A DNA stretch of 63,975 nt, counting the filler, from Chiloscyllium plagiosum (Eukaryota): NCBI RefSeq assembly GCF_004010195.1. It is 5 parts of one record of this genome, joined end to end, with 100 filler letters (N's around TTAATTAATTAA, not from the genome) between each part and the next. Parts side by side here need not be neighbours in the genome. Positions count along the whole stretch, not along the records: positions 1 to 25,346 come from NC_057716.1; 4 more parts are not named here. The stretch is one strand, 5' to 3'. Position numbers and translations under genes: made by a program. Positions within the stretch are counted from its first letter, which is position 1. Each line of letters starts with the position of its first letter. The notes beneath the pieces are model-generated. The model ran no database searches. It worked only from the letters and a program-made list of their open reading frames with translations, and was not told the origin of the DNA. Positions 1-13,042 of this stretch are shown here, in pieces.

Positions 1-256
1 TAGAGATGAGTTCAGTGGGGCAGGAGCATGCTGAGACAATGGGTCAGCCAGGGTGGTCAGGCTTGTGGATCTTGGGAAGGAGGTAGAACCAGGCAGTGCG
101 GGGTTCCCGGACTATGAGTTTGGAAGCTGTGGGTGGGAGATCTCCTGAAGTGATGAGGTTCTGTATGGTCTGGGAGATGATGGTTTGGTGATGGGGGGGG
201 TGGGGTCATGGTCGAGGGGGCAGTAGGAAGAGGTGTCCTCGAGTTGGCGTTTGGCT
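1..256 (-). mobile_element. Penelope-like retroelement, reverse transcriptase fragment
   Basis: The minus strand reads like ...IVREPRTAWFYLLPKIHKP..PG.PIVSACSCPTELIS. PKIHK...PIVS is the typical Penelope RT N-terminal motif. Degenerate copy. Confidence 0.8.
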
Positions 257-495
257 TATTGTTTATATGTAGACAGACTGCACTTATCCGTATTAAATAG
301 TGATTCTTGTAAAGTACAAAAACCCAGTCCGAGAGTCAAGACACTCTGGGAAGGTCGAGGGGGCAGTAGGAAGAGGTGTCCTCGAGTTGGCGTTTGGCTT
401 ATTGTTTATATGTAGACAGACTGCACTTATCCGTATTAAATAGTGATTCTTGTAAAGTACAAAAACCCAGTCCGAGAGTCAAGACACTCTGGGAA
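210..495. repeat. Perfect 143-bp tandem duplication (210-352, 353-495)
   Basis: GGTCGAGGGGGCAGTAGG...GACACTCTGGGAA occurs twice back to back with no differences seen. Confidence 0.95.
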
Positions 496-576
496 TATTG
501 GAACTTGATTTCTAACATCTGACACCAGTGAGGTATGACAACACTCATCTAAATATTCATTGCATTATTGTTACAG

Positions 577-723
577 ATATCAGACTGAAATTCAAACAAT
601 ATGTAAACAATATCCCTGTGAACCTTTTAAGTTCTTGGAACCAACTTTGAGGCTGGAATTTCCTGAAGCTGTGGCCATGCTGAAGGAAGCTGGTGTGGAG
701 ATGGGCGATGAAGAAGATTTGAG
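577..723 (+). CDS. DARS1: Cytoplasmic aspartyl-tRNA synthetase, internal exon (147 bp)
   Basis: ttacag|...|gtattg. Encodes [48 protein letters not shown], matching vertebrate DARS1. Confidence 0.97.
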
Positions 724-1639
724 GTATTGATTAAAAACTTTCTTCCACTTAGGTTGGTTCACAATAAAAAGTTAACGTGATTTCTTGTAGTCATGGCACT
801 ATAGATACTGTCAGAGTCATACAGCATAGAATCAGACCCGTCAGTCCAACTCGCCCATGCAACCAAGTTTCCCAAATTAAACTGGCCCCACATGCCTGCG
901 TTTGGCCCATATCCCCCTCAACCTTTCCTATTCATATACCTATCCAAATATTTTTTAAATATTGTAACTGTGCCTGCACCTACCACTTTTCGCATCTTAA
1001 CCTCAGAAAATAAAACAAAACTTTTTAGCCTGATCATCAGTCTTTTCAACAAACTACCAAGTTAATTAATCAGTTCATAAATAAACTAATTGTATCTACT
1101 AAGAAATTATTAGGAAAACAAGATATTAGTGATTTTAGTCACGAGTTCAATTTTTCAGTTTTATTCCAAAATTAATGCAGTCTTAAAGGTAGCCAGTATT
1201 TGAAATGGTACAAGATATTACAAGATATTACTCGCTGGATTATGAATGCAATCTGTTCTGAGTTCACTCGTGAGTTAATTTGTACACAAATCAGCTCACA
1301 ATGCAAGACAACATAAAATAGCTGCTCACAATTAGGAGAAAGTGTTTGTCTAGAATCACACAACATGGAAGCAGATCCTTTGGTTCAACCAGTCCATACC
1401 GAACACAATCCCAAATTAAACTAGTCCCACCAACCTGCTCCTGGCTCATATCCCTCTAAACCGTTCCTATTCATGTACTTATCCGAATGTCTTTTACATG
1501 TTGTAACTACACCCACATCTTCTACTTCCGCAGGAAGTAATTTGGATCTTAAATTAATACTCGACGTGGGATTGCATTCATAAATGCAAGCATTTGTATG
1601 CTGAATATTCATACATCATTTTACTTTATTTACTTTTAG

Positions 1640-1682
1640 CACTCCAAATGAAAAGCTTTTGGGTCGCCTGGTGAAGGAAAAG
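1640..1682 (+). CDS. DARS1: DARS1 internal exon (43 bp)
   Basis: ttttag|C ACT CCA AAT...GAA AAG|gtaaca. Encodes (S)TPNEKLLGRLVKEK, phase-compatible with both neighbouring exons. Confidence 0.97.
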
Positions 1683-1765
1683 GTAACAGATATAATTATC
1701 ACTTTATTCTTTAAGAAGAAAACTACAATATATTCAAATAATATTAAAGATTCTGCTAAATCAGA

Positions 1766-1974
1766 ATTTGGAGATGCCGGTGTTGGACTGCGGTGTACAA
1801 AGTTAAAAATCACACAACACCAGGTTATAGTCCAACAGGTTTAATTGGAAGCACTAGCTTTCGGAGCAACGCTCCTTCATCCTTCATCCTGATGAAGTAG
1901 CAGTGCTCCGAAAGCTAGTGCTTCCAATTAAACCTGTTGGACTATAACCTGGTGTTGTGTGATTTTTAACTTTG
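1766..1974. mobile_element. Short fold-back Penelope-derived insertion with hammerhead motif (family A)
   Basis: Inverted arms ~1798-1880 and ~1891-1974. Flanked by direct repeat TGCTAAATCAGA (1754-1765, 1973-1984). CTGATGA...GAAAGCTA at 1889-1917. Confidence 0.85.
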
Positions 1975-2164
1975 CTAAATCAGAGTATTTTAAACTGTTT
2001 TGATGAACCCAGTAACCAATGAAGCAAACAGAAATAAAATTGTAGCACTAAGGGTGTCCTTGATTCATTCAGTACATACTTCTGCTATTTCATTTTGTTG
2101 TTAATCGTAAAATCTACCCTTTTGTGGACGTACCCATTAGAGAAGGAGCAAAATTCAACCTTGT

Positions 2165-3510
2165 CATAGAGATCTACAGCACAGAAACAGACCCTTCAGT
2201 CCCACTTGTCCTTGCTGACCAGGTATCCTAAATTAATCTAGTCTCATTTGCCAACAACTGGCCCTCTTGCTCTAAAACCTTCCTATTCATATATCCATCC
2301 AGGTGCCTTTTAAATGTAATTATACCAACTTCTATCACCTCCTCTGGCAGTTCATTCCATACACGAACCACCCGCAGCATGCAGAGGTTGCCTGTTGGGT
2401 ACCTTTGTGAATTTTTCCCTTCTCACCCTAAACCTATGCCCTTTAGTTCTGGACTCCCCATACCCCAAGCAAAAGACCTTGTCTGTTTACCCTATCCGCT
2501 CCCCTCATAATTTTATAAACCTCTATCAGATCACCTCTCAGCCTCCGATGCTCTAGGGAAAACAACCCCAGTTTATTTAGCCTCTCCCTATAGCTCAAAC
2601 CCTCCAACCATGTCAACATCCTTGTAAATCTTTTTTGAACCCTTTCAAGTTTCATAACATCCTTCCTATAGCAGGGAGACTAGAATTGCATGCAGTATTC
2701 CACTCGTGGCCTAAACAATGTCCTGTACAGCCTCAAAGTGACCTCCCAACTCCTGTACTCAATGCACTGACGAATAAAGGAAAGCATATCAAATGCCTTC
2801 TTCAATATCCTATCAACCTGCAACTCCAGTTTCAAAGAACAATGAACCTGCACGCCAAGGTCTCTGTTCAGGAACACTCACCAGGACCTTATTATTTAAG
2901 GTTATAAGTCCTGCCTGATTTACCTTTCCAAAATGCACCTCACATTTATCTAAATTAAACTCCATCTACCAATCCTCAGCCCATTGACCCATCTGATCAA
3001 GATCCCATTGTACTGTCCGGTAATCTCCTTCACTGTCCCCTACATCTCCAATTTTGGTGTCATCTGCAAACTTACTAGCTATACCTCCTATGTCCACATC
3101 CAAATTATTTCTCTAAATGATGAAAAGCAGTGGACCCAGCACTAATCCTTGTGGCACACCACTGGTCACAGGCTTCCAGTCTGAAAGGCAACCCTTCACC
3201 ACCACCCTCTGTCTTCTACTTTGAAGCCAGTTCTGTATCCACATGGCGAGTTCTCCCTGTATTCCATATGATCTAACCTTGCTAACCACGAGGAACCTTG
3301 TTGGATGCCTTACTAAGTTCATATAGTTCACATCCACTCTGGCCTCATCCGTTCTCTTCGTTACTTCATCAAAAAACTCAATAAAATTAGTGAGACATGA
3401 TTTCCCACGCACAAAGCCATGTTGACTATCTCTAATCAGTCCTTGCCTTTCCAAATACATGTAAATCCTGTCCCTCAGGATTCCCTCCAACAACTAGCCC
3501 ACCACTGTTG
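2165..3510 (-). mobile_element. CR1/HER1-type LINE, RT and 3' end, degenerate
   Basis: ORF fragments [38 protein letters not shown]...RRLRGDLIEVYKI, plus the typical 3' UTR. Confidence 0.93.
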
Positions 3511-5740
3511 GGAGGAAGACAGGGCAGATGACTGAGATGTCAGTGGGAGAGCACTTTGGGGCAAGTGATCATAATGCTATTAGTTTTAAAATAGCTATGG
3601 AAGAAGACAGAACTGATCAAAAAGTTAAAGTTCTAAATTGGAGTAAAGCCAATTTTGACCATAATGGACAAGAAATTTCAAAAGATGATTAAGGAAAACT
3701 ATTTGTAGGCAAAGGGACGATTGAGAAGCCGGAGACCTTATGAGATAGGAACGAGATAATGAGAGTTCAGAGACTATATTCCTATTAGAGTGAAGGGCAT
3801 GGTACATAGGTGTAGGGAATGCTGGATGACTAGAGAAATTGAGGCTCTGGTTGAGAAAAAGAAGGAGACATATATCAGGGAGAGGCAGCTGGGAATGAAT
3901 GAATCCCTAGAAGAGTATACTTGAGAGGGAAATCAGGAGAGAAAAAATGAGACCTGAGATTGCTTTGGCGAATACAGTTAAGAAACCAAAGAGATTCTGT
4001 AAAAATATTAAGGGCAAAAAAGAAACTCTGGAGAGAATACAGCCCCTTAAAGATCATAGTGCCATTTACGTGTAGGTTTCAGTGGATGACATACTAAATG
4101 AATATTTTGCATTAGTATTTACTGCGGAAGGAGGACATGGAAGCTAGGGAACCCTGGAAAATAAATACTGAAGTATTGAAAAGAATTCATATTAAAGAAA
4201 TGGAGGTGCTAGAGATCTTAAAACGCATGAAGGTAGATAAAGCCCTGGGAGTTGTTCATGTGTTTCCCAGAACTTTGTGGGAACTAGGAAAGAGATTGCT
4301 GGACCCTTGCTGAGATATTTGTATCATCGATAGCAACAGCTGAGGTGTTTGTTTGAAGTCTGGAGGTTGGCTAATGTGGTGCCATTATTTAAGAAAGGCT
4401 GCAAGGAAAAGCCAGGAAACAATAGACCGGTGAGCCGTATGTCGTTGGTGGACAAATTGTTGGAGGGGATTCTGAAGAACAGTATTTATATGCATTTGGA
4501 AAGGCAAGGACTATTTCGGGATAGTCAGCATGGCTTTGTGGTTGGAAATTGTTTCTCACTAACTTGAGTTTTTTGAAGAGCTGACAAAGAAGATTCATGA
4601 AGGTAGAGCAGTAGATGTTGTCTATATGGACTTCGGTAAAGCATTCAACAAGATTCCTCACGGTAGACTGATTAGTAAAGTTAGATCACATTGGTTACAA
4701 AATTGACTTGAAGTTAGAAGACAAAAGGTGGTAGTGGAGGGTTGGTTTTCAGACGCCAGTGACCAGTGGTGTACTACAAGCATCAGTGCTGGGTCCACTG
4801 CTTTTCATCATTTATATAAATGATTTGGATGTGAGTAGAGAAGGTGTGGTTAGTAAGTTTGCAAATGACAGTTCAATAGTTGGTGTAGTGGACAGTGAAG
4901 TAGGTTATCTCAGAGTACAGTGGGACCTTGGTCAGATGGGCCAGTATGCTGAGGAGTGGTAGATGGAGTTTGATTTAGATAAATGAGAGGTGGTGCATTT
5001 TTGTAAGGCAAACCAGGGCAGGATTTATACAGCTAATGGTGGGGCTCTGCCAAACAAGGAGACCTAGGAGTGCAGGTACATAGTTCCTTGAAGGTGGAGT
5101 CATAGGTAGACAAGGTGGTGAAGAAGACATTTGGCATGCTTGCCTTTATTAGTCAGTGCTTTGAGTATAGGAGTTGGGATGTCGTGAAGCGACTGTATAG
5201 GACATTGGTAAGGCCACTTTTGGAATACTGCTTACAGATCTGGTTACCCTTCTATAGAAAGCATGTTGCTAAACTTGAGAGGATGCAGAAAAAATTTACA
5301 AGGATATTTCCGGGGTTGAAGGGTTTTAACTATAGGGAGAGATTGAATAGGCTGGGGTGTTTTTGCCCTACTGTCTCAGGTGACCTTATAGAGGTTTATT
5401 TATAAAATCATTAGGGGGCATGGATAGGGCAAATAGCCAAGATCTTTTTCACAGGATAGGGCAGTCCAAAACTAGATGGCATAAGTTTAAGGTGAGAAGG
5501 GAAAGGTTTTAAAAATGACCTGAGGGGTAACATGGAGAGTGATACATGTATGAAACCAGCTGCCAGAAGAAGTGGTGGAGGGTGGTATAATCACAGCATT
5601 TAGAAGGCATCTGGATGGGTATGTCAATAGGAAAGGTTTATAGGGTCAAATACTGACAAATGGGACTAGTTCAGATTGAGACGTTGGATGAGTTAGACCA
5701 AAGGGTTTGTTTCTGTGCTACATGACTCTCTGATTCTGTA
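3511..5740 (+). mobile_element. CR1/HER1-type LINE ORF2 remnant through to 3' end
   Basis: Frameshifted WRLANVVPLFKKG, SQHGF, SGVLQASVLGPLLF, SKFAND and YRTLVRPLLEYC motifs. Confidence 0.93.
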
Positions 5741-6393
5741 GTTAATTTCTTTTAAAAAAACAAAAAATATTTATACTATTATTGAAAGAATTTCTGTTCC
5801 AACTTTCAGGATAAAATAGTCTTTATGTCATGTTCACTTGAATGAGTGCAGTGAAAAGTTTAATGTCGCCTCTCGGTGCCATCTTAGATACAGGGTACTC
5901 AAGTTATAGTCCTTTTTTCACTGAGTCTGTGTCGCTGGGCTTCAGAACACGAGGCCTCGCTGCCTTCATATGCTAACTTCCATCCCAGTCTCGCCTCCAG
6001 GACTTGCCCCCCCTGGCTGCCTGGGCTCACTGTACTCCAGCTGCGACTTGGCTCCCAGCTCGGTCTGCATTTGCTCTGTTTCACGACCCAACCCACACAT
6101 GCTCTGCTGCCGCTTTGAGGTCCAGCTGTGACTCGGATGTTAACTGAAGCTCTATGACTCTAAGATATTAAAACCGTATCCTGGTGTAGGAAAAATAAGA
6201 ACTTTAAAGTGAATATACCTAGAAGTGGCAGCGAATTAGACACACAAATAAAACTGTGGATGCTGGAAATTGGAAATAAAACAAAGTTCGAGAGACATTC
6301 GGCAGGACTGTGAACATCTATGGAGCGAGAAACAGACTTAATGTTTCAAATAAAGTATGACTCTTGTTAGGAACACAACACATTTATAGAGTC

Positions 6394-6733
6394 TTAGATT
6401 AGATTAGATTAGATTACTTACAATGTGGAAACAGGCCCTTCGGCCCAACAAGTCCACACCGCCCCGCTGAAGCGCAACCCACCCATACCCCTACCCCTAC
6501 ATTTACATTTACATTTACCCCTTACCTAACACTACGGGCAATTTAGCATGGCCAATTCACCTGACCTGCACATCTTTGGACTGTGGGAGGAAACCGGAGC
6601 ACCCGGAGGAAACCCACGCAGACACAGGGAGAACGTGCAAACTTCACACAGTCAGTCGCCTGAGGCGGGAATTGAACCCGGGTCTCTGGCGCTGCGAGGC
6701 AGCAGTGCTAACCACTGTGCCACCGTGCCGCCC
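6394..6733 (-). mobile_element. Full-length tRNA-derived SINE (HE1/V-SINE type)
   Basis: On the minus strand: tRNA-like head with A box TGGCACAGTGG and B box GGTTCAATTCC, conserved central body, LINE-like 3' end and (AATCT)n tail. Inserted into a CR1 3' tail that resumes at 6737-7050. Confidence 0.92.
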
Positions 6734-7329
6734 ACAAGTCATAGAGATGTACAGCATCGAAACAGACCCTTAGGTCCAACCCGTCCATGCCGACCAGATA
6801 TCCCAACCCAATCTAATCCCACCTGCTAGTACCCAGCCCATATCTCTCCAAACCCTTCCTATTCATATACCCATCCAAATTCCTTTTAAATGTTGCAATT
6901 ATACCAATCTCCACCACTTCCTCTGGCAGCTCATTCCATACATGTACCACCCTCTGCGTGAAAAAGCTGCCCATTAGGTCTCTTTTATATCTTTCCCCTC
7001 TCATCCTAAACCTATGCCCTCTAGTTCTGGACTCCCTGACCCCAGGGAAATGACTTTTGTTGTGCAGCCAGCGTTTCCTATAAATCTGTGCCAAACTGTT
7101 AGATCAGTAATTAACCGTTGTGCCCCAGATATACTGCAGAAGTTAGTGATTCGCCTTTTTACTTTTGAACTAAGAATGATTTTGTTCATGAAAACTGACT
7201 GGTTTTATGCAAGTTTTAGGGCACTGTTAATGTATTTGTTTAAAATGTTAAGATTATAGAATATTTTAAAAAGTTGTTTAGCTCTCGAGCTATATTCAAC
7301 ACTTTAATTGATCAAAAATATTATGGTGG

Positions 7330-8390
7330 GTAGAAGGAGATTGTTCAACCCCTTATATCTGCACTGGATCTCTCAATGAACAATATCCCAAACTTTTCTT
7401 CCTACCTTTTCCCCATAACACTGAATATTGTTTCTATTTAAATAATCATTTTATGCTCTGTTGAATACATCAGTGCTTCTTTTTCAGTTATCTTATACTG
7501 TACCCTCTCATTCATGAACTCTTTGAGAGGGTACAGCTTCTCTTTATCTACTCTGTCCCGCCTGTTCATGGTTTGAAGATTTACATCAAATCTCCTTTCA
7601 GCCTTCCCTTTAAGGAGAACTGTCCCAACTTCTCCAATCTCATCTTTATAACTACCTCATACCTGGAACCATTCAAGTAAACCTTCAATACATTCATATC
7701 CTTCCTTAAGTGTGACAGCCAGAACTGGACACAGTATTTCACATGAGGTCTAATTAGTGTCTTGTGCAAGTTCAGCATAACCACCTTGCTCCTGTACAGG
7801 TACTTTATGCTGCTATTAATAAAACCTAGAATGCTGTATGCTTTGTAGCTGCTTATTCTATAGCTATCTCTGCTCCTGTAAACACTATTTTCTCCTGTAT
7901 CTCCGTGTTCTTCCTACTCGAATGATCATCTCTCTCAGTTCTCCACATTGAACGTCATCTGCCTGCTCCATCAACTTGTTAATATCCTTTCGTAGTTTTA
8001 TACTGCCCTCTCTCTCAATTTACAATGCTTCCCAAGTTTTGTATCATCTAAATCAATAAAATACATCAGGAAAAACAAGGTCCCAAAACTGATTTCTGGG
8101 GAACCCTTCCACAAACCTTCCACCAGCCCGAAAAATGGCTTATTACTTTGTTTCCTATTATTCAGCTAATCTTGTATTCATGTTGCTACTGTGTTGTTTA
8201 TTCCATGAGCAATAACCTCTTTCGAGTCAGTTGTCTGGCACTGTAGCAAATACCTTTTGAAATTCCACATACACCACTTCAAAGCAAAATTGACATGAAC
8301 GCTTTCTGTTACCTTTTTTAAAAATTCCATCAAGTTCATGAAATACTATTTTCCCTGAAGAAATCCATGCTAACTCTTCCTGATTAGGCA
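7330..8390 (-). mobile_element. Old CR1-type LINE RT/3' remnant
   Basis: KTLIRPHVKYCVQFW...LKGDLM fragment, heavily diverged. Confidence 0.7.
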
Positions 8391-8500
8391 ATATGACTTC
8401 AGTTCAAATAATTGTTTCAAAAACAACCACTTGTGCACACAAAAATCTGAGTTGATACTGTACATAAGATCTAATCAACTTTACTGCTTTTTTGTCACAG

Positions 8501-8581
8501 TATGATACAGACTTCTATATCCTTGACAAATATCCCCTTGCTGTGAGACCTTTCTATACAATGCCAGATCCACATGATCCT
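8501..8581 (+). CDS. DARS1: DARS1 internal exon (81 bp)
   Basis: tcacag|...|gtaagt. Encodes [27 protein letters not shown]. Confidence 0.98.
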
Positions 8582-8678
8582 GTAAGTAAATTGTGTATTT
8601 TGAAATTATGTAATAAAACATAACTCAAACAATTACAATTATTTTAATACTGTACTGACATGTTTTGAAACAATACAG

Positions 8679-8790
8679 AAATACTCCAACTCATATGACA
8701 TGTTTATGAGAGGAGAGGAGATTTTATCTGGTGCCCAGAGAATCCATGACCCTCAACTTATAACTGACCGAGCCCTCCAACTTGGGATAG
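8679..8790 (+). CDS. DARS1: DARS1 internal exon (112 bp)
   Basis: atacag|...|gtagtg. Encodes [37 protein letters not shown]. Confidence 0.98.
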
Positions 8791-9191
8791 GTAGTGTATA
8801 CATCTTATTTTAAATTTAAACATCTTCAAGATTTCAGATTTTGGTATTGTCTGGATCAAAAATGTAAACATACACAATGACTTAGAAGTTGAATTGTGTT
8901 TGATGAGATCACTACTAATTCCTTCAATCCAGCCTCTTTATTTTGAAATAGTGGCGAACTGTATACATCAGTTGTTGCCTCAGATACAGTGCCCAACATG
9001 CAAATTGTGAGGGCAACAAATTCAGCTATCGTAGGCTTCAACTGATATTCCCAAGAACCGAAAACAAACGAATCTAGTTGATCCAGGATATAGGAACTGC
9101 TTTCCTTCCTGAACATGTTGACAGTATAGATTTGATTACCTGTAAAACATTTAAATAAAATGAAAATAATCTCTTGCTGTTTTGTAATTGA

Positions 9192-9476
<285 letters not shown>

Positions 9477-9548
9477 ATGTGTCTAAGATCTAGAAAAACT
9501 CTATCTACCATTACAACCTGGTGTATGTTTTTGCAAAAAATGATCAGT

Positions 9549-9554
9549 AATAAA
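9549..9554 (+). terminator. Candidate polyadenylation signal of DARS1
   Basis: First AATAAA, 73 nt after the stop codon. Further AATAAA hexamers lie near 9673 and 9938. The site actually used is unknown. Confidence 0.45.
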
Positions 9555-11845
9555 TATAAAAGTGCCAAAACAACAGCTCTACCACTGCACTGACTGCTAA
9601 ATTCACATTTGATAAGAATTTTTAAAGATTTCAAACTGCTTAAACTTTTGAGCACTGAAATTATATAAACATAATAAAACAGCATCAGATGAACATTTCT
9701 AATGTAATTATTTTCAAGATAATGTTTGAAGAACAAAGGGAATTTACTGTAATTCAGAGAACTGTGTACATTGTACATTCTGCGACTGTTCGCTTGTGAG
9801 AGCTGCAAGTTAGTTTGCATTAAAAGCCTTAACTTCATATGGTAGATCAAAGAAAATTACAAGGTATTGGAGGTGAAGTAATAACTTTGTGGTAGAAGGT
9901 TTCCAATTTTAAATTAATTCTTGACTCACCAAATTCTAATAAATGGATTAATTGCTTAAAAATGAGGGATCTTCTCTTAGTCTTGTGTATTACTTTACTA
10001 ATTTGCAGTTGATACATTTCCAGCATTAATGAACAAATGTCAATGATTCTCCCCCAACCCCCTTACTATTCTTACCATTGCCTCTGCTATAGAACATTAT
10101 AGAACATTATATCTACTTCAACTGAATATTTACTTCGACGGGATGGATTCAACCTTTAGCTTGCTGCATTTTACTTATCCTGACACAAATTTTGGATCTG
10201 CACTCGATATTCACTTGAGTTCAACATCGCTGGTCATCTTGCACCCAAGACATTGTGGTCCCAGATATATCCTAAAATAGTATGGTGCAAGGCTAGGACA
10301 GTAGAATCCTGGAGTACTAATAGCATGACAAAGCTAATAGTAAAACAAGCAATTTGACATGAAATATGTGAACAGGTTAGTATTTTCATGGATTTTTGAG
10401 TTGGCCCTTCAAGCCTGCTCCCACTATTCAATATGATCACCCAACTCAGTATCCTGATCCTTTAGCCCGAAGAACTATACATAAGGTCTTGAAAACATTC
10501 AATGTCCTGGCCTGAACAGCTCTGTGGTAGAGAATTCTAAAGACTTACCACTCTGGGTGAAAGTAAGTTCTCCTCATTCGAATCCTGAATGGCCAACAGA
10601 TTTAGAACCAACAGTCTGAATATATTTGCACTGCTTATCAACTCATTTGAAGATCCACTCAACAATTGTAACGAATCCAACAATACGTGCAAATATCTGG
10701 AGAGGTGTTAGAATATAATACACCAAATGTTTTATTAACTGGCACATATGAGGCCAGACGTATGCCGTTGATCAAATATTCCATATAGTCGAGGTTCACA
10801 ATGTAAATACACACACTAAGTAATGGAAACATCATGCAGCTCTACGATCCAGTAAAAATATGAGAACGTTACCTTTCTTTTACTAATACAAAACAAAGAA
10901 CTGTGGATGCTGGAGATCTGAAACAAAAAACAAATTGCTGAAGAAACTCAACAGATCTGGCAGCATTTCAAGTCCAGGAACTCCAGTTCTGATGAAGAAA
11001 CTGGTTAAGACTTCCTTTTAATGTTTATTTTAAGTTTTTATTTCTTCTAGACTGTCTTCTACATCTATATCACTAGGTTTATTTTTTTTCTTTTGTGTAA
11101 CAAACTTATATTCTCTTGTTTAAGAACAGTTGCCATCTTGTGAATATGTTTCAGTGAATAACCACCATGTTAACCAACTGCAAAACTTAAATACATCAAA
11201 CTTTGTATTAACCAGCACCTATGGCACCAGGAGTGTGCCATTTAAACAAATATTCCGCTTGATCAAGAGATCAATATAATCAATGTAAAAACATACACTA
11301 AGTAATAGAAATTTAATGTAAGGGGTATACCTGTCAGTGTTACACTAGATTTACAGCATAAATCCCTTCATTAATAATACAATTTAACCTTAAATAAAAC
11401 TTACCAGTAGAGAGTCTTCTCACTCGCACCCTCAACAGAACAGTAGATTATGGTACTTGAGAAATTAACTCAAAGTTCAATCAATTGTTAATATTTCATG
11501 GGGCCATTTGACTGAATAAGTATATTTACATTGAGATAGATAAGTTAAAAAACTATAATAATTGGATAGAAAAATACAGTAAACTTGCTGGTATTTGAGG
11601 TATATAATTTCAGTAGTCATTCAGAAACAATTGATTTGAGAGTCAAAGAATTTCTTTTGTGTTCAAATTCTTATCTCGTTATATCAATCAAAACTTCCAC
11701 CTCCATTCTAACTGATTAAAAACTTAATAGCCATCTAGGTTTATTCAATACATTTGCATAAGTAGTGTGACTCTTTGATTTTTTTACTTATAAATTCTGT
11801 GTCCAATGCATTCTCCCTCCCTAGCTGCCTAAGGAGCAGGGACTC

Positions 11846-12047
11846 TGAAAGCTTGTGGTTTTAAATAAACTTGTTGGACTATAGCCTGGTGTTGAAAAAT
11901 GTGTTGCTGGAAAAGTGCAGCAGGTCAGGCAGCATCAAAGGAGCAGGAGAATCGACGTTTCGGGCATAAGCCCTTCTTCAGGAATATAACCTGGTGTTGT
12001 ATGATTTTTAACATCGTCTACCCCAGTCCAACACGGTCACCTCCACA
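11846..12047. mobile_element. Penelope family A terminal fragment (+) interrupted by a family B fragment (-, ~11895-11985) with an intact hammerhead core
   Basis: Duplicated target TATA(G/A)CCTGGTGTTG at 11880-11894 and 11985-11999. Minus strand reads CTGAAGA-A-GGGC-TTAT-GCCC-GAAAC-GTC. Confidence 0.8.
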
Positions 12048-13042
12048 ACATATTTATTGTATATAAATGTACTTTAGATTTTCCTATATGAATACGTAGA
12101 ATGAAACAAATTTTATTGATCTCTTGAATTTAATCTTGCAACCTGAGCAGTCGGAATCTGTTTCCAAAACTTTCAAATTTGTGACATCAACTATCTATCT
12201 TCTACAAATGAACCCTGCACAAAGAGGAGACCAATTGTGTAGGATGCTTTGAGCTGGAAGATGGAGAGGGAGAGGTTGAGTCTATGCCCACTTCCATTCC
12301 CAATGTGGTAAGTGACGAAGGATGACTAAAACCTGGAGATTTTACCATTGGTAAAGTGGAAAACTTTTCAGGGGTAAGTTAATGAAAACAAAGTGGACGG
12401 AGACCAAATAAGAACCAAAGAGAAAGGATTTTTATTTAACCTATTTATTTTCTAATCAACCTGCTCAGAGATGTTATTACAAACCATTGCAGCAGTTGGG
12501 ACTTGAACTCAGGCCTCCCAGACCAGGGACAGTGACAGTGCCAGTGCCACTCCACCACAAGAGGACCTTTTAGGGTTGTTCTTGAACAGAGGAGTAAGTG
12601 TAGGCAATTCAGCCCTTCAAGCTTGCTCCATCATTTAATATGATCACAGATAATATAGATAAACCAATATATCTATATAATAAATATAGTTATAAATATA
12701 ATGTATCAAAAACTCCCAGGATAGTGACAGCATAGGGTGCTCTCTCAATGATGTTGCAGTCATATACTTGAAGGATAGACATAAGCCAAGCAGAGATGCA
12801 GAGTTAATCTCAGTCTAAACTGTCTCCATCAGACACATACACACAAAGACACAATCCTGAACTCTGACTGTGATGCAGATGACACCAAAATTGGTGGTGT
12901 AGTGGACATTTTAGTGCATTGATGAAGAGCTTATGTTGAAATGTCGACTCTCCTGCTTCTCGGATGCTGCATGACCAGCTGTGCTTTTCCAGCACCACAC
13001 TCTTCGACTGATCTCCAGTATCTGCAGTCCTTACTTTCTCAT

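Noticed and set aside
6660..6733. tRNA-like sequences with A and B boxes (also near 15064, 19079, 51693, 53715)
   Set aside because: They are heads of SINEs, continuous with the SINE body and tail, not tRNA genes.
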